DNA of 64,000 bases from the NCBI GenBank assembly GCA_017404205.1, contig JAFRCV010000018.1, positions 9,029 to 73,028 of the forward strand. The letters are read 5' to 3'. Source of the DNA: Erysipelotrichaceae bacterium (GTDB taxonomy: Bacteria; Bacillota_I; Bacilli_A; Erysipelotrichales; Erysipelotrichaceae). The position numbers were made by a program, and so were the translations under genes. Under the pieces are notes generated by a model. It saw only the letters and a list, made by a program, of their open reading frames with translations, was not told the origin of the DNA and ran no database searches. This document shows positions 19,446 through 28,951 of the stretch, piece after piece (within the stretch, counting starts at the first letter, position 1; each line of letters opens with the position of its first letter).

Positions 19446-19989
19446 TGATTTCTATTACTTCATTTACAGCTTTGTCTAAATCATCATTAATGATGTGATA
19501 CTTATAAGATTTAGCTGTTTTAATTTCTCTTTTTACTTGTTTAAGTCTTTTTTCGATGACGCTTATTTCATCAGTGCCTCTGCCTATTAGTCTGTTTTTT
19601 AATATCTCAATGCTTGGTGGTTCAATGAATAGACTAATAGCGTCTGGGCATTTTTCAATTACCTGTAGTCCACCTTGAACATCTATTTCCAAAATGACAT
19701 TTTTGCCTTTACTTCTTTTAGAATCAACATAAGCTTTAGGTGTGCCATAATAATTATCAACATAAGAAGCATATTCTAAGAATTCATCATTTTCGATAGC
19801 TTTTTCAAATTCTTCTTTTTCAACAAAAAAATAATCTTTTCCATCCTTTTCACCATCTCTAGGTTTTCTTGTTGTCATTGAAACAGAAAAAGCTAAATTA
19901 AGATCTTTTTCTTTTAAGACTTTAGACAAAATAGTGCTTTTTCCAACACCACTTGGCCCACTATATATAATCAACAATCCTTTTTTCAT
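19426..19989 (-). CDS. gmk: Guanylate kinase
   Basis: MKKGLLIIYSGPSGVGKST P-loop at the N-terminus. The track start at 20064 adds 25 non-homologous residues, so I prefer the ATG at 19989. Confidence 0.9.
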   Translation of the reverse strand: MKKGLLIIYSGPSGVGKSTILSKVLKEKDLNLAFSVSMTTRKPRDGEKDGKDYFFVEKEEFEKAIENDEFLEYASYVDNYYGTPKAYVDSKRSKGKNVILEIDVQGGLQVIEKCPDAISLFIEPPSIEILKNRLIGRGTDEISVIEKRLKQVKREIKTAKSYKYHIINDDLDKAVNEVIEIIKKEMN

Positions 19990-20035
19990 TATCTCTATTT
20001 TACTACATGCCATTCTATTTAAGTATAATAATAGT

Positions 20036-21658
20036 ATGGCATTAGATGGAATTATACTAAGCAAAGTAAAAGATGACTTAATTAGTCATCTTCCAATGCG
20101 TATAAATAAAATAAATGAAACATCTTCTACAGAGATTGTTTTTAATGTTCATTCTAATTCGCTTAGAACAAATCTTGTCATCTCTTTACATAGCATCTAT
20201 AATCATATAGCTTTATCAAATGCGAATTATACAAATTATAATGAGCCATCTACTTTTGTGATGGTTTTAAGAAAATATCTTACAAATGGCATAATTTATA
20301 AGATTGAACAATTTAACTATGATCGATATCTATTGATACATATCAGGGCATTAAATGATATGTATGATGAAAAGGAGTATCTGCTTAGTGTTGAACTTAT
20401 GGGCAAATATGCCAATTTAATTCTTATTGACAAAGAAAATAATAAAATAATTGATGCTTTGAAAAAGATACCTCCATATCTCAATAACAAGCGCACTATC
20501 CTTCAAGGGGCAATCTTTACTCTTCCTGAAAACCAAAATAAAAAAGATCCTTATAATGATTTAGATATTGATTTTAATGAATCTTTAGTTAAGCAAATAC
20601 AAGGTTTTTCTAAACAATTAGAAAGTGAAATAAGACATCGTTTAATAAATGAGCCATATGAACACATTATTGAAGAAATTAAAAATGCCAAAAGTCTTTT
20701 TGTATCTTCAAATAATGAATATCACATCATACCTTTAACATATTTAAATGAAAATTATAAAGAATATAGCTTTAGTGATGGTTTTGATTATCTATATTAC
20801 TCCGCAAATGAAAAAGAAAGAATTAAAAGTGTCACCGAAGATATCGATAAATTTATTAAAAGACAAAGTAAACACTTTGAAACAAAATTGATTAAATTAA
20901 GGCAAAGTTTAACTGATGGTGAGAATCTTTTAGATGATAAAGAAAATGGTGAATTGTTATATACTTATTCTAATCTTGAACAAAAAGGATTAAAAGAAAT
21001 TGAAATCACTGATTATGATGGTGAAAGTAAGACAATCAAATTAGATCCTAAACTATCAATTAAAGCTAATGCCAACAAATATTTCAATACATATACTAAA
21101 AAAAGAAAGGGCAAAGTCTACATTGAAGAACAGATCGACATAGCTGAAAAGGAATTAGAATACTTTAATGCTTTAAAGGAACAATTAGATATGGCTTCAT
21201 ATGATGATGCCCTTCAAATAAGAGAAGAATTAATAAAATATGGTTATCTAAAAAAGAAGCTAAATCATAAGCTTAAAAAACAAAAGAAAATTAATCTATA
21301 TCAAATTAAAGTTGATGGTTATACTATTACTTTTGGTAAGAATAATATACAAAATGACTATTTAACTTTTACTTTTGGCAAAGCACATTATACTTGGTTC
21401 CACGCTTTAAACTATCATGGTTGCCACTTAGTTGTTGATAGCGATAAGCCAAGTGAAAAAATCATTCGTTTGTGTGCTAATTTAGCTGCATATTATTCAA
21501 AAGGGCGTTATTCTAGTTCTTTGCCTGTTAGCTATTGTTTATTAAAAGATGTTAAGAAAATAAAAGGTGGCAAATTAGGTTTTGTCACCTTCAAGAACTA
21601 TAAGACAATTTATATTGATCCCGAATTTGATTCTAATCTACAAATTTCCATTATCTAA
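20036..21658 (+). CDS. rqcH: NFACT-family ribosome quality-control protein RqcH (FbpA-like)
   Basis: MALDGIILSKVKDDL... NFACT-N, a coiled-coil middle, and NFACT-R (HGCHLVV). The start was moved to the ATG at 20036. Confidence 0.85.
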   Translation: MALDGIILSKVKDDLISHLPMRINKINETSSTEIVFNVHSNSLRTNLVISLHSIYNHIALSNANYTNYNEPSTFVMVLRKYLTNGIIYKIEQFNYDRYLLIHIRALNDMYDEKEYLLSVELMGKYANLILIDKENNKIIDALKKIPPYLNNKRTILQGAIFTLPENQNKKDPYNDLDIDFNESLVKQIQGFSKQLESEIRHRLINEPYEHIIEEIKNAKSLFVSSNNEYHIIPLTYLNENYKEYSFSDGFDYLYYSANEKERIKSVTEDIDKFIKRQSKHFETKLIKLRQSLTDGENLLDDKENGELLYTYSNLEQKGLKEIEITDYDGESKTIKLDPKLSIKANANKYFNTYTKKRKGKVYIEEQIDIAEKELEYFNALKEQLDMASYDDALQIREELIKYGYLKKKLNHKLKKQKKINLYQIKVDGYTITFGKNNIQNDYLTFTFGKAHYTWFHALNYHGCHLVVDSDKPSEKIIRLCANLAAYYSKGRYSSSLPVSYCLLKDVKKIKGGKLGFVTFKNYKTIYIDPEFDSNLQISII

Positions 21659-22363
21659 ATATTTCTTAAGTTTAACTACTTCAATTGGTTTTAATTTTCG
21701 ATATTCACCTACTTGTAGTTTACCTAATGTGATATTAGCTTCTTTTATGCGATTTAATCGTGTAACTTTAAAATCAAATGTTTCAAACATCTTTCTGATT
21801 TGACGATTTCTACCTTCGTGAATTGTCACTTCTAAGAAGCTTGTTTTTTTATTTTCATTAATGCGAAGCAATTTAATTGAACAGGGAGCTGTTTTTCTTC
21901 CATCGACAATAACACCTTTTTCAAGCTTTTCAATTATATCTTTTGTGATTAGACCATTAATAGTAACTTCATATACTTTATCAATATTGTATTTTGGATG
22001 TAGCATCTTTTGTGTCAATGTTCCATCGTTTGTTAGTAAAATCAAACCACTGCTATCAAAATCTAATCTTCCTATTGGATATAAGCGATATTCACATTCT
22101 ACAAGATCAACAACTGTTTTGCGGTCTTTATCATCGCTAGCACTTGAAATAATACCTTTTGGCTTATTTAAAAGATAGACCACTTTTTCTTCTTTTCCAA
22201 GTGGCTTTCCATTTATTTTTATATCAGCTTCTTTCTCACATTTAAAACCAAGTTCTTTAATGGTTTTTCCATCAACTGATACTTTTCCACTAACAATTAA
22301 TTCTTCAGCTTTTCTTCTTGAACAATAGCCGCTTTCAGCAATAATTTTTTGTAGTCTTTCCAT
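21638..22363 (-). CDS. rluB: Pseudouridine synthase, RsuA/RluB family
   Basis: S4 domain (MERLQKIIAESGYCSRRKAEELI) and catalytic motif GRLDFDSSGLILLTNDG. Confidence 0.85.
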   Translation of the reverse strand: MERLQKIIAESGYCSRRKAEELIVSGKVSVDGKTIKELGFKCEKEADIKINGKPLGKEEKVVYLLNKPKGIISSASDDKDRKTVVDLVECEYRLYPIGRLDFDSSGLILLTNDGTLTQKMLHPKYNIDKVYEVTINGLITKDIIEKLEKGVIVDGRKTAPCSIKLLRINENKKTSFLEVTIHEGRNRQIRKMFETFDFKVTRLNRIKEANITLGKLQVGEYRKLKPIEVVKLKKYLDNGNL

Positions 22364-25041
22364 GTTTTTTCTTTTAATCTTTCTATTATCATATACACAA
22401 TAATCATCGCTATTCCATACAATATTAACACAAATCCAATTGTACCAATAATGAAAAAGTTTTGATTATCGACAGCTGAATTACTAGAATTAATGTTCTC
22501 TAAATAATCAGGAATATCATAAGTGTTGACACTGTCCCTTGCCAAGATGACAAAATCACCTGTCTTTTTAGTTAAAAATTGAATATAAGAATTACTTTGA
22601 CTTGTACGGCATTTAACTATATCACCATCATCATATCTATAAACTGTATAAGTCTTGTTTGTATCTTTATTTGGAATCTTCAAAGAGAAGATTAAGGCGC
22701 CATCAATATTTACACGCTTAAAATTCAAAGATAAAGATATATTAATGTTGTCAACAACACTAAAACCATAGGCTTCACCTATTTCTTTTAAATGTTTATT
22801 ATTGACATTTTTGATATGTACATAATATGTATCACTAATCGGTTTGAATAAGAAAAACTTATTTCTTTCGGGCAAACTTAAAGAAAGTCCAGACACTGAC
22901 AAATCATAATTATTATCATCAATATGATATTTTGAATCATCATTTAACAATAATGCCTGGTCTATTATTCTAATATCATTGAAGTCATAATTGTAGTTAA
23001 CTTTGCTTAGATTATTCTTTATTTCTTTTATTTCATCAAGATTAAAATTATTACTATTAAATGAATTTATATTCTTCTGAATTAATGAACGTGTGACATC
23101 ATTAAGATTATTTAAATACTTAGATACATTAATCTCTTTATTGATGTTAAGGCCACAATAAGAAATATTTAAATTCTGTGTACCATCTTGATAGATATTA
23201 ATTCCACTTAGCATATTAGAATCAACAGGTATTTTTTCTTTGTGATTGTTTTCATAAGTAAGCGTCAAATAGACATCCCTTAAATCAAAATAAGATCCTA
23301 ACTCAATACTACTATCTAACTTTGAATTAATGTCGATTGATTTAATTTTTTTATATTTTGCGGTATATGTTTTTTCTTCATTGGCTGGACTTAATTCTTC
23401 TTCAAATCCGTTAAATAAATAATTAGTATACTGTGGTTTAACAGTAATTGGCATTTTATCTTTTAAGAATTTGATTTCAATTTTTGAAGAATTGTTAATT
23501 GTTCCACCGTTTCCATCAAAAGTAATTTTGATTAATTCGTTTTGATGCATATTATCTTCATTCATCACATAATCAAAATATTCTTTATCAACATATGCAA
23601 TTGAATTATCAAAATCATATAAATAATCGCTTGAAAAGCTTGGATCAACTTGAACCTTATAGGAATTATCATTTTTGTTTAAGATAATTAACGAATAGTC
23701 TTCTATTCCATTTATTGTAAATCTATTTCTTTTTAATTCATCACTTGTATAAAAGTTCACTTTTGGGCCATTTAATATAATGCCCAAACAATAGCTATTA
23801 TAATCTTTAAACCCTAAGTTCTTATCTAATTTATAGTAATTAGAAGCAGCTCTTTCTCCCCAATATGCATCAAGTGAATATTCAACATTCATTCCACTTA
23901 ATTTATTGCCAAAAAATGAGCCGTTGTATAAGGAATTGCGATAATTACAATAACGATCAGAAATGTAATACTTTGTATATGAATAAACAGAATCGCTGAT
24001 ACTTGAATAGTGATTATCATTTCTTTCACTATCGCTATCATATGCTGAATTATAGAAAAGATTATTTTCGCTATATGCTCTAAAATTCTTTCCATAAGCA
24101 CTTTCATTTATTGATACAGCTAAAGACATTAAGGCATTAACACCATAGATATTTTGATAGGCAAAGAAAGAATCTAATTCACCATAATATTGTGATCTAT
24201 TAATAACATCATTGGCTCCATCTTTGGCCTGATCATCATAATTATTTATCTTGCCATTAATCTTTAAAACATCATAGAAATAATCTTCAATTTCACTATA
24301 TTCATAATTTGTAAGGCTTCTTTGTGGAAGATACATATAATAGTTATAATAGGCAACATCATTTATAGCGTTTGTATAATTATCATTTTTATAATCATCA
24401 ATCATTTTATAAAAATCATCATAAAAATAATGGCCATCATAACTATAATAATCAACATTATCATTTAAAAAAGATAAAGATTTATCTAATTCAAGCACAC
24501 TAGAATAATAATCTAAATCCAATTGTGTTTTAATCTTATGATTAAAGGAACCATCAATATTTTCATATGTTGATATACGAACATCTAATAACTCATATGG
24601 ATGTAATATAACATCATCGCTGTTAATCATTCCAATATCGCCTGAGTATTTAAAATAGATATATCTTCCATCATTGCTTGTATTTAAATATGCAGCATCA
24701 ATTCCATAACAAGCATTAATGCTTGTTGAAGAATTACGAATTTGGGAACGATATTCAATATTCAAGCTACAGGCATCGTTGCTGGCGAATTCAACAACTC
24801 CATATTCCATTTTGATAACTTTGTCATTTTCATATAAAACTAAATTATCATAATCATTTAAAAGAATTGAATAACTATAATTTGCACTTGTATAGTCATC
24901 ATAATATTCAATTATTTCTTTTTTTCCTTTTGAGACATCGGCAAGATAATACCCATCTTCTGCTCTAACATGAAAAGAAATACTATAAGTGAAAATAGCA
25001 CTCAACAAGAATATCAAAATCAATTTATTGACTTTGCGCAT
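22297..25041 (-). CDS. Large secreted, C-terminally membrane-anchored protein with a GH73 (N-acetylglucosaminidase)-like domain and Ig-like/Flg_new-like modules
   Basis: Signal peptide MRKVNKLILIFLLSAIFTYSISFHVRA. GH73-like motifs: LAVSINESAYGKN, NNLFY, AYWGERAASNYY. ITFDGNGGT is Flg_new-like. A Big_3-like segment is present. The C-terminal TM helix is FFIIGTIGFVLILYGIAMIIVYMII. Confidence 0.65.
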   Translation of the reverse strand: MRKVNKLILIFLLSAIFTYSISFHVRAEDGYYLADVSKGKKEIIEYYDDYTSANYSYSILLNDYDNLVLYENDKVIKMEYGVVEFASNDACSLNIEYRSQIRNSSTSINACYGIDAAYLNTSNDGRYIYFKYSGDIGMINSDDVILHPYELLDVRISTYENIDGSFNHKIKTQLDLDYYSSVLELDKSLSFLNDNVDYYSYDGHYFYDDFYKMIDDYKNDNYTNAINDVAYYNYYMYLPQRSLTNYEYSEIEDYFYDVLKINGKINNYDDQAKDGANDVINRSQYYGELDSFFAYQNIYGVNALMSLAVSINESAYGKNFRAYSENNLFYNSAYDSDSERNDNHYSSISDSVYSYTKYYISDRYCNYRNSLYNGSFFGNKLSGMNVEYSLDAYWGERAASNYYKLDKNLGFKDYNSYCLGIILNGPKVNFYTSDELKRNRFTINGIEDYSLIILNKNDNSYKVQVDPSFSSDYLYDFDNSIAYVDKEYFDYVMNEDNMHQNELIKITFDGNGGTINNSSKIEIKFLKDKMPITVKPQYTNYLFNGFEEELSPANEEKTYTAKYKKIKSIDINSKLDSSIELGSYFDLRDVYLTLTYENNHKEKIPVDSNMLSGINIYQDGTQNLNISYCGLNINKEINVSKYLNNLNDVTRSLIQKNINSFNSNNFNLDEIKEIKNNLSKVNYNYDFNDIRIIDQALLLNDDSKYHIDDNNYDLSVSGLSLSLPERNKFFLFKPISDTYYVHIKNVNNKHLKEIGEAYGFSVVDNINISLSLNFKRVNIDGALIFSLKIPNKDTNKTYTVYRYDDGDIVKCRTSQSNSYIQFLTKKTGDFVILARDSVNTYDIPDYLENINSSNSAVDNQNFFIIGTIGFVLILYGIAMIIVYMIIERLKEKTWKDYKKLLLKAAIVQEEKLKN

Positions 25042-25077
25042 AACTTAATTTTAACATTACTAGCTAAAAGTTGTATT

Positions 25078-25311
25078 CTACAACAAATATAAAATCTTGG
25101 ACTTAGGCAATTTAAAACTACTTAATGGCACTTCTTTATTTAAAGCTACATGTTTTTCTAAATCATAGATATAGTTTTCTTGTTTAAAACTAAGTGTCTT
25201 GATTGTTTTTAATAATTCAAAGTTTTCTATAAAACTCAACCTTGAATCAAAAATGACCTCAATAAGTTCTGAACTTTTTACTATATAAAAGCGCAATAAT
25301 ATTTTATTCAT
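25078..25311 (-). CDS. Small protein, possible YukD/EsaB-like ubiquitin-fold T7SS accessory protein
   Basis: 77 aa, overlapping the EssC-like stop by 8 nt. Size, position and the C-terminal ..ILYLL loosely resemble EsaB/YukD. No strong motif. Confidence 0.3.
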   Translation of the reverse strand: MNKILLRFYIVKSSELIEVIFDSRLSFIENFELLKTIKTLSFKQENYIYDLEKHVALNKEVPLSSFKLPKSKILYLL

Positions 25312-28300
25312 ATTCTACTATTCTTATTTTTTCTCCTTTATTATTTCTTAAATAAAAGGCTTCATTATCATTTAATTCTTCTTTCCCATCGATATAAAAA
25401 AGTCTTTGAGAATATAGACCATCGCCAACCCACAAATAATGATAATTATTCTTCTTATTTAAAGCTTCGATATATTTTAAAACTTCAATATTCTCATTGT
25501 CTTTATATATTTTTCTCAGCTTTTCTAATATTTCATCATCATATGAAGAAATAATTAATTTTTCTTTATCTGTTATATAGATCTTTTCTCGTTTTATTAA
25601 ACTATAACCAATTAATAATTTATTGTTTATTCTTTCGTATTTAATATTGTTTGGAATATGCTTAATATATGGTTTGTATATGCTTTCTTCTTGTATAAAA
25701 TCTTCAATCAGACATGGAACAAAAGGAATCAAATGTTCATCATAATAAAAAGAATCACCTTTATAAGCACTTCTTTCTGCAAATATGTTCATTAAATCTT
25801 GATTATCGTTAATATTGATTACATATTTATTCTTAAAACTGTTTAATAATTTAAAGGATATTGTTGATTGTTTACTAATCGCAATTATTCTAATGCCACC
25901 CACAATGCTTCTTGCGAGTAATTGAAATAAACAAGAACTGTAAATATCATCATATGATAATAAACACGACAAATCTTCAATAATTAAATTTATATCTTTA
26001 TTCTCTTTCATTAAACTTTTAAATAGATATATGATGTCTTCACTATCTTCAAACAATAAGCTATCGCTTATGTACTTATTGGCATAATGTTTAAAACCTA
26101 TGACAATTGTTTGTTTATTTAATGAATTTAATATATTATTTATTTCCTTACGATTTGAATATATAAATGCATTCTCTTTATCATTGAGAAACAATACATT
26201 TTTCAAGTCATTTAAATAATCATCAATTTCACCCAAAATTATTTTTGAATCTATATGGTATTTTTCTTTAATGTCCATTAATGTTAGTGGCTTTGGTTTA
26301 TTAAAATCTAATAATTCTTTTTTAATCTTCAAGTCCTCACAAGCACTATTGATCTTATTAACTATATAACTAGCTTCTGTAAAAGGGGTATTCTTTTTTA
26401 ATACTTTTTTGTTTATGATATTTAAACGATTATCTAATAGTGAAACTTCGTAAGTACTTTTATTATTGACATCATTTTTACTATAAATGGCTTTGCCTTT
26501 TAAAAGATTATCATCAATAGCTAAATAAAATTCTCCTGCTTTATGCAAATAAGCAGCAGATTTAGACTTAATAATATCATTGGAATCTTTTTCAGTTAGA
26601 ACTTTTAACGCAATCTTAAAATGGCTGTTTGACCATATCTCTTCATCAATAATTCCACTTGGCTTTTGAGTAGCTAATATTAAATGTAAGCCCAAGCTTC
26701 TTCCTATCCTGGAAAACGAAATAAGGTTTTTGATGAATTCAGGGTTTTCTTTTTTTAATTCAGCGAATTCATCAACAACTATCAATAAATGGGCAATATT
26801 GGGCAAATTGTATTCTGCACTATTATTGTCTATATAATCATCAATATTCATGATGGATGTCATCGCTTTGTTAGATAATTCTTTAAATAGTTTTTGCCTT
26901 TTCTTGCATTCAAAATCAATTGATACAATAAGCCTTTCAAATATATCGCTTTCAAGATTATTTACTGATGCAATAATGTGGGGAAGTCTTTTATTCATAT
27001 AAGAAAGTGATTCTTCTATTCCCCCTCCCTTATAATCTATTAAAATAACATTTAAATAATCAGGTCTATAAACAATAGCTAAAGATAGTATTAATGAAAT
27101 AATTAATTCACTTTTGCCACTTCCTGTACTACCACCTATCAAGCCATGTGGACCGCTTTTACTTTCATGAAGGTCAAAATTCAATAATTCATTTCCGACG
27201 AAGGCAAATTTAGCTTTAAGACCTTCCTGTTTTTGAATATAATTGTTCGTTATATCAAAATCATCAAATATGTTTTTAAAAGAAGCATTATCCTCAATGG
27301 CTTTATTATCTTGATATGTGCTTATCAAATGACATGCGCTTGTATAATTAATATCTTCTAATTTATATTTAAATTGTTTTTTATCTTCTTCATAAATATA
27401 TGAATTCTCATTATCATATTCAATTAATACATCACTATCTTTATAAATATCGTTTTTTTCTGATGTAAAATAGATTATTTTTAATAAGTTATTATTAATC
27501 TCAAAATCTAAATGATCACACGCAAATAAAATAATTGGCTTTTCAAACTTTATACTGTTTAATTCCTGAACCTCTATTTTTTTATTTAGAGTTAAGCGAT
27601 TATTATTAAAGAAAAGCTGTGGCAATCCAAAAAAATCTTTATATGTATATAAGTCCTCACTATAAATAGCTAAGTAAAAGTCATCATAATAATACTTGCT
27701 GCTTAATTCTAATAAAAACTTTTTAGCCAACAATTCTTTGGTCTTCTTATTTGCCAATATCGTTATTCTTGCATATCTTTTTATATCTAAAAAATATGGT
27801 GTATTCTCTACATTCAAAAGTCGATATTTAATTCTTCTTAAAGCTTCATCAATGTCCTTGTCGTCGTATTCTTTAATTTCAATATCGTATTTGCTTGTAA
27901 TATGACCAATTGAGATATTGAGAAACTGGTCGTTTTTATCTGTAATATTAAATAATTTATCTTGTTCTATTTCTCCATTAAAAAATAATTTTTCTTCTTG
28001 TTTAAGATATGCTGATATTTTTGAATCTAAATCAATGGCATATTTTTTAAGATAATCCAAATATCTATTCTTATTATCTTTTATTAAGTTTCTGTTTTCT
28101 TTTTTCTCGCTAGTAGAAGAAATAATTGGCCACATAACTCCAGATATCAACATTGTTAAGGGCATCAACAAGTATATTAGACTATTTTGTATAGGCGCAT
28201 CATTTAAATAATTATTGTAAACATTTATAAGGGCAATGGACAACATCGCTAAGGACATTGTAATGCTTGGACCAATTTGATAGACTAATTTCTTTTGTTT

Positions 28301-28951
28301 AGTTGCGTGTATTTTTGAATATTCTTTTATTTTTGGAATTTCTAATTCTTTTCTTTTAGATAAATAATAATTATTAGTAAGTGGCCGATTGTTTTCATAT
28401 TTAATGATCTTCTCGCTTAATTCAATTCTTTTGACATTATTCTTATTTTTGAAACTATTAATATATAAAAAATCTTTGTAATAAAAAAATATGAAATTAT
28501 GTAAGCTAATCTTATCACCATCATTTAATTCCTCACCACTGTAGAAGTGGTTATTTAGTAATAAATCTGGATAATTTGTCTCTATTATATTTTCTTTTAA
28601 ATATAGATAAATATCACTTAAATATTCATCTTCATTAATAATGTTGGCTTTATTACTTTTTGCATAAATAAATGATTTGTTTTCATAAAGATGATAATCA
28701 TTAAAACCTTCATCGTTGTCATAAACGTATATTTCTAAAACTATGAGAAAATTAGTATTATAAATTTTATACTTTCTTCTCTTTATTCTCTTTGTTGTTT
28801 CGTTATTTAAGAACCTAAGCCCTCTTTTTGAAACAAGATAATAATCATTATCTTGTTTAATGATCTCTATATTCGCGTATTTATATGGCAGTTTCGTTTT
28901 TTCAAGAATTAGTCTTTTAAATATGTTTCCATCTTTTATAACAATGAACAT
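25304..28951 (-). CDS. EssC/YukBA-like FtsK/SpoIIIE-family T7SS ATPase, shortened, with a single intact P-loop
   Basis: N-terminal FHA-like segment (..NDGDKISLHNFIFFYYKDFLYIN). Two TM helices (IGPSITMSLAMLSIALINVY and LIYLLMPLTMLISGVMWPIISS). Walker A is GGSTGSGKSE, Walker B is LLIVVDEFAEL, followed by GLHLILATQKPSG. The C-terminal ~350 aa has no P-loop. Confidence 0.8.
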   Translation of the reverse strand: MFIVIKDGNIFKRLILEKTKLPYKYANIEIIKQDNDYYLVSKRGLRFLNNETTKRIKRRKYKIYNTNFLIVLEIYVYDNDEGFNDYHLYENKSFIYAKSNKANIINEDEYLSDIYLYLKENIIETNYPDLLLNNHFYSGEELNDGDKISLHNFIFFYYKDFLYINSFKNKNNVKRIELSEKIIKYENNRPLTNNYYLSKRKELEIPKIKEYSKIHATKQKKLVYQIGPSITMSLAMLSIALINVYNNYLNDAPIQNSLIYLLMPLTMLISGVMWPIISSTSEKKENRNLIKDNKNRYLDYLKKYAIDLDSKISAYLKQEEKLFFNGEIEQDKLFNITDKNDQFLNISIGHITSKYDIEIKEYDDKDIDEALRRIKYRLLNVENTPYFLDIKRYARITILANKKTKELLAKKFLLELSSKYYYDDFYLAIYSEDLYTYKDFFGLPQLFFNNNRLTLNKKIEVQELNSIKFEKPIILFACDHLDFEINNNLLKIIYFTSEKNDIYKDSDVLIEYDNENSYIYEEDKKQFKYKLEDINYTSACHLISTYQDNKAIEDNASFKNIFDDFDITNNYIQKQEGLKAKFAFVGNELLNFDLHESKSGPHGLIGGSTGSGKSELIISLILSLAIVYRPDYLNVILIDYKGGGIEESLSYMNKRLPHIIASVNNLESDIFERLIVSIDFECKKRQKLFKELSNKAMTSIMNIDDYIDNNSAEYNLPNIAHLLIVVDEFAELKKENPEFIKNLISFSRIGRSLGLHLILATQKPSGIIDEEIWSNSHFKIALKVLTEKDSNDIIKSKSAAYLHKAGEFYLAIDDNLLKGKAIYSKNDVNNKSTYEVSLLDNRLNIINKKVLKKNTPFTEASYIVNKINSACEDLKIKKELLDFNKPKPLTLMDIKEKYHIDSKIILGEIDDYLNDLKNVLFLNDKENAFIYSNRKEINNILNSLNKQTIVIGFKHYANKYISDSLLFEDSEDIIYLFKSLMKENKDINLIIEDLSCLLSYDDIYSSCLFQLLARSIVGGIRIIAISKQSTISFKLLNSFKNKYVININDNQDLMNIFAERSAYKGDSFYYDEHLIPFVPCLIEDFIQEESIYKPYIKHIPNNIKYERINNKLLIGYSLIKREKIYITDKEKLIISSYDDEILEKLRKIYKDNENIEVLKYIEALNKKNNYHYLWVGDGLYSQRLFYIDGKEELNDNEAFYLRNNKGEKIRIVEYE

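Noticed and set aside
19934-20064. Mutually overlapping N-terminal extensions of gmk (to 20064) and rqcH (from 19934) in the ORF track. Similar extensions occur at 40313, 57617, 10784, 63900, 14508, 8976 and 60228.
   Set aside because: The conserved N-termini start at internal ATGs with better SD spacing. Several track starts are TTG or GTG codons, or lie inside terminators or operators.
22297-22363. The 67-nt overlap between the 914-aa gene and rluB as a sign of a frameshift or pseudogene.
   Set aside because: Both frames are intact. The RluB N-terminus (S4 domain) is complete, and the 914-aa protein ends in a plausible post-TM basic tail. I treat it as a genuine overlap, noted under the GH73 finding.
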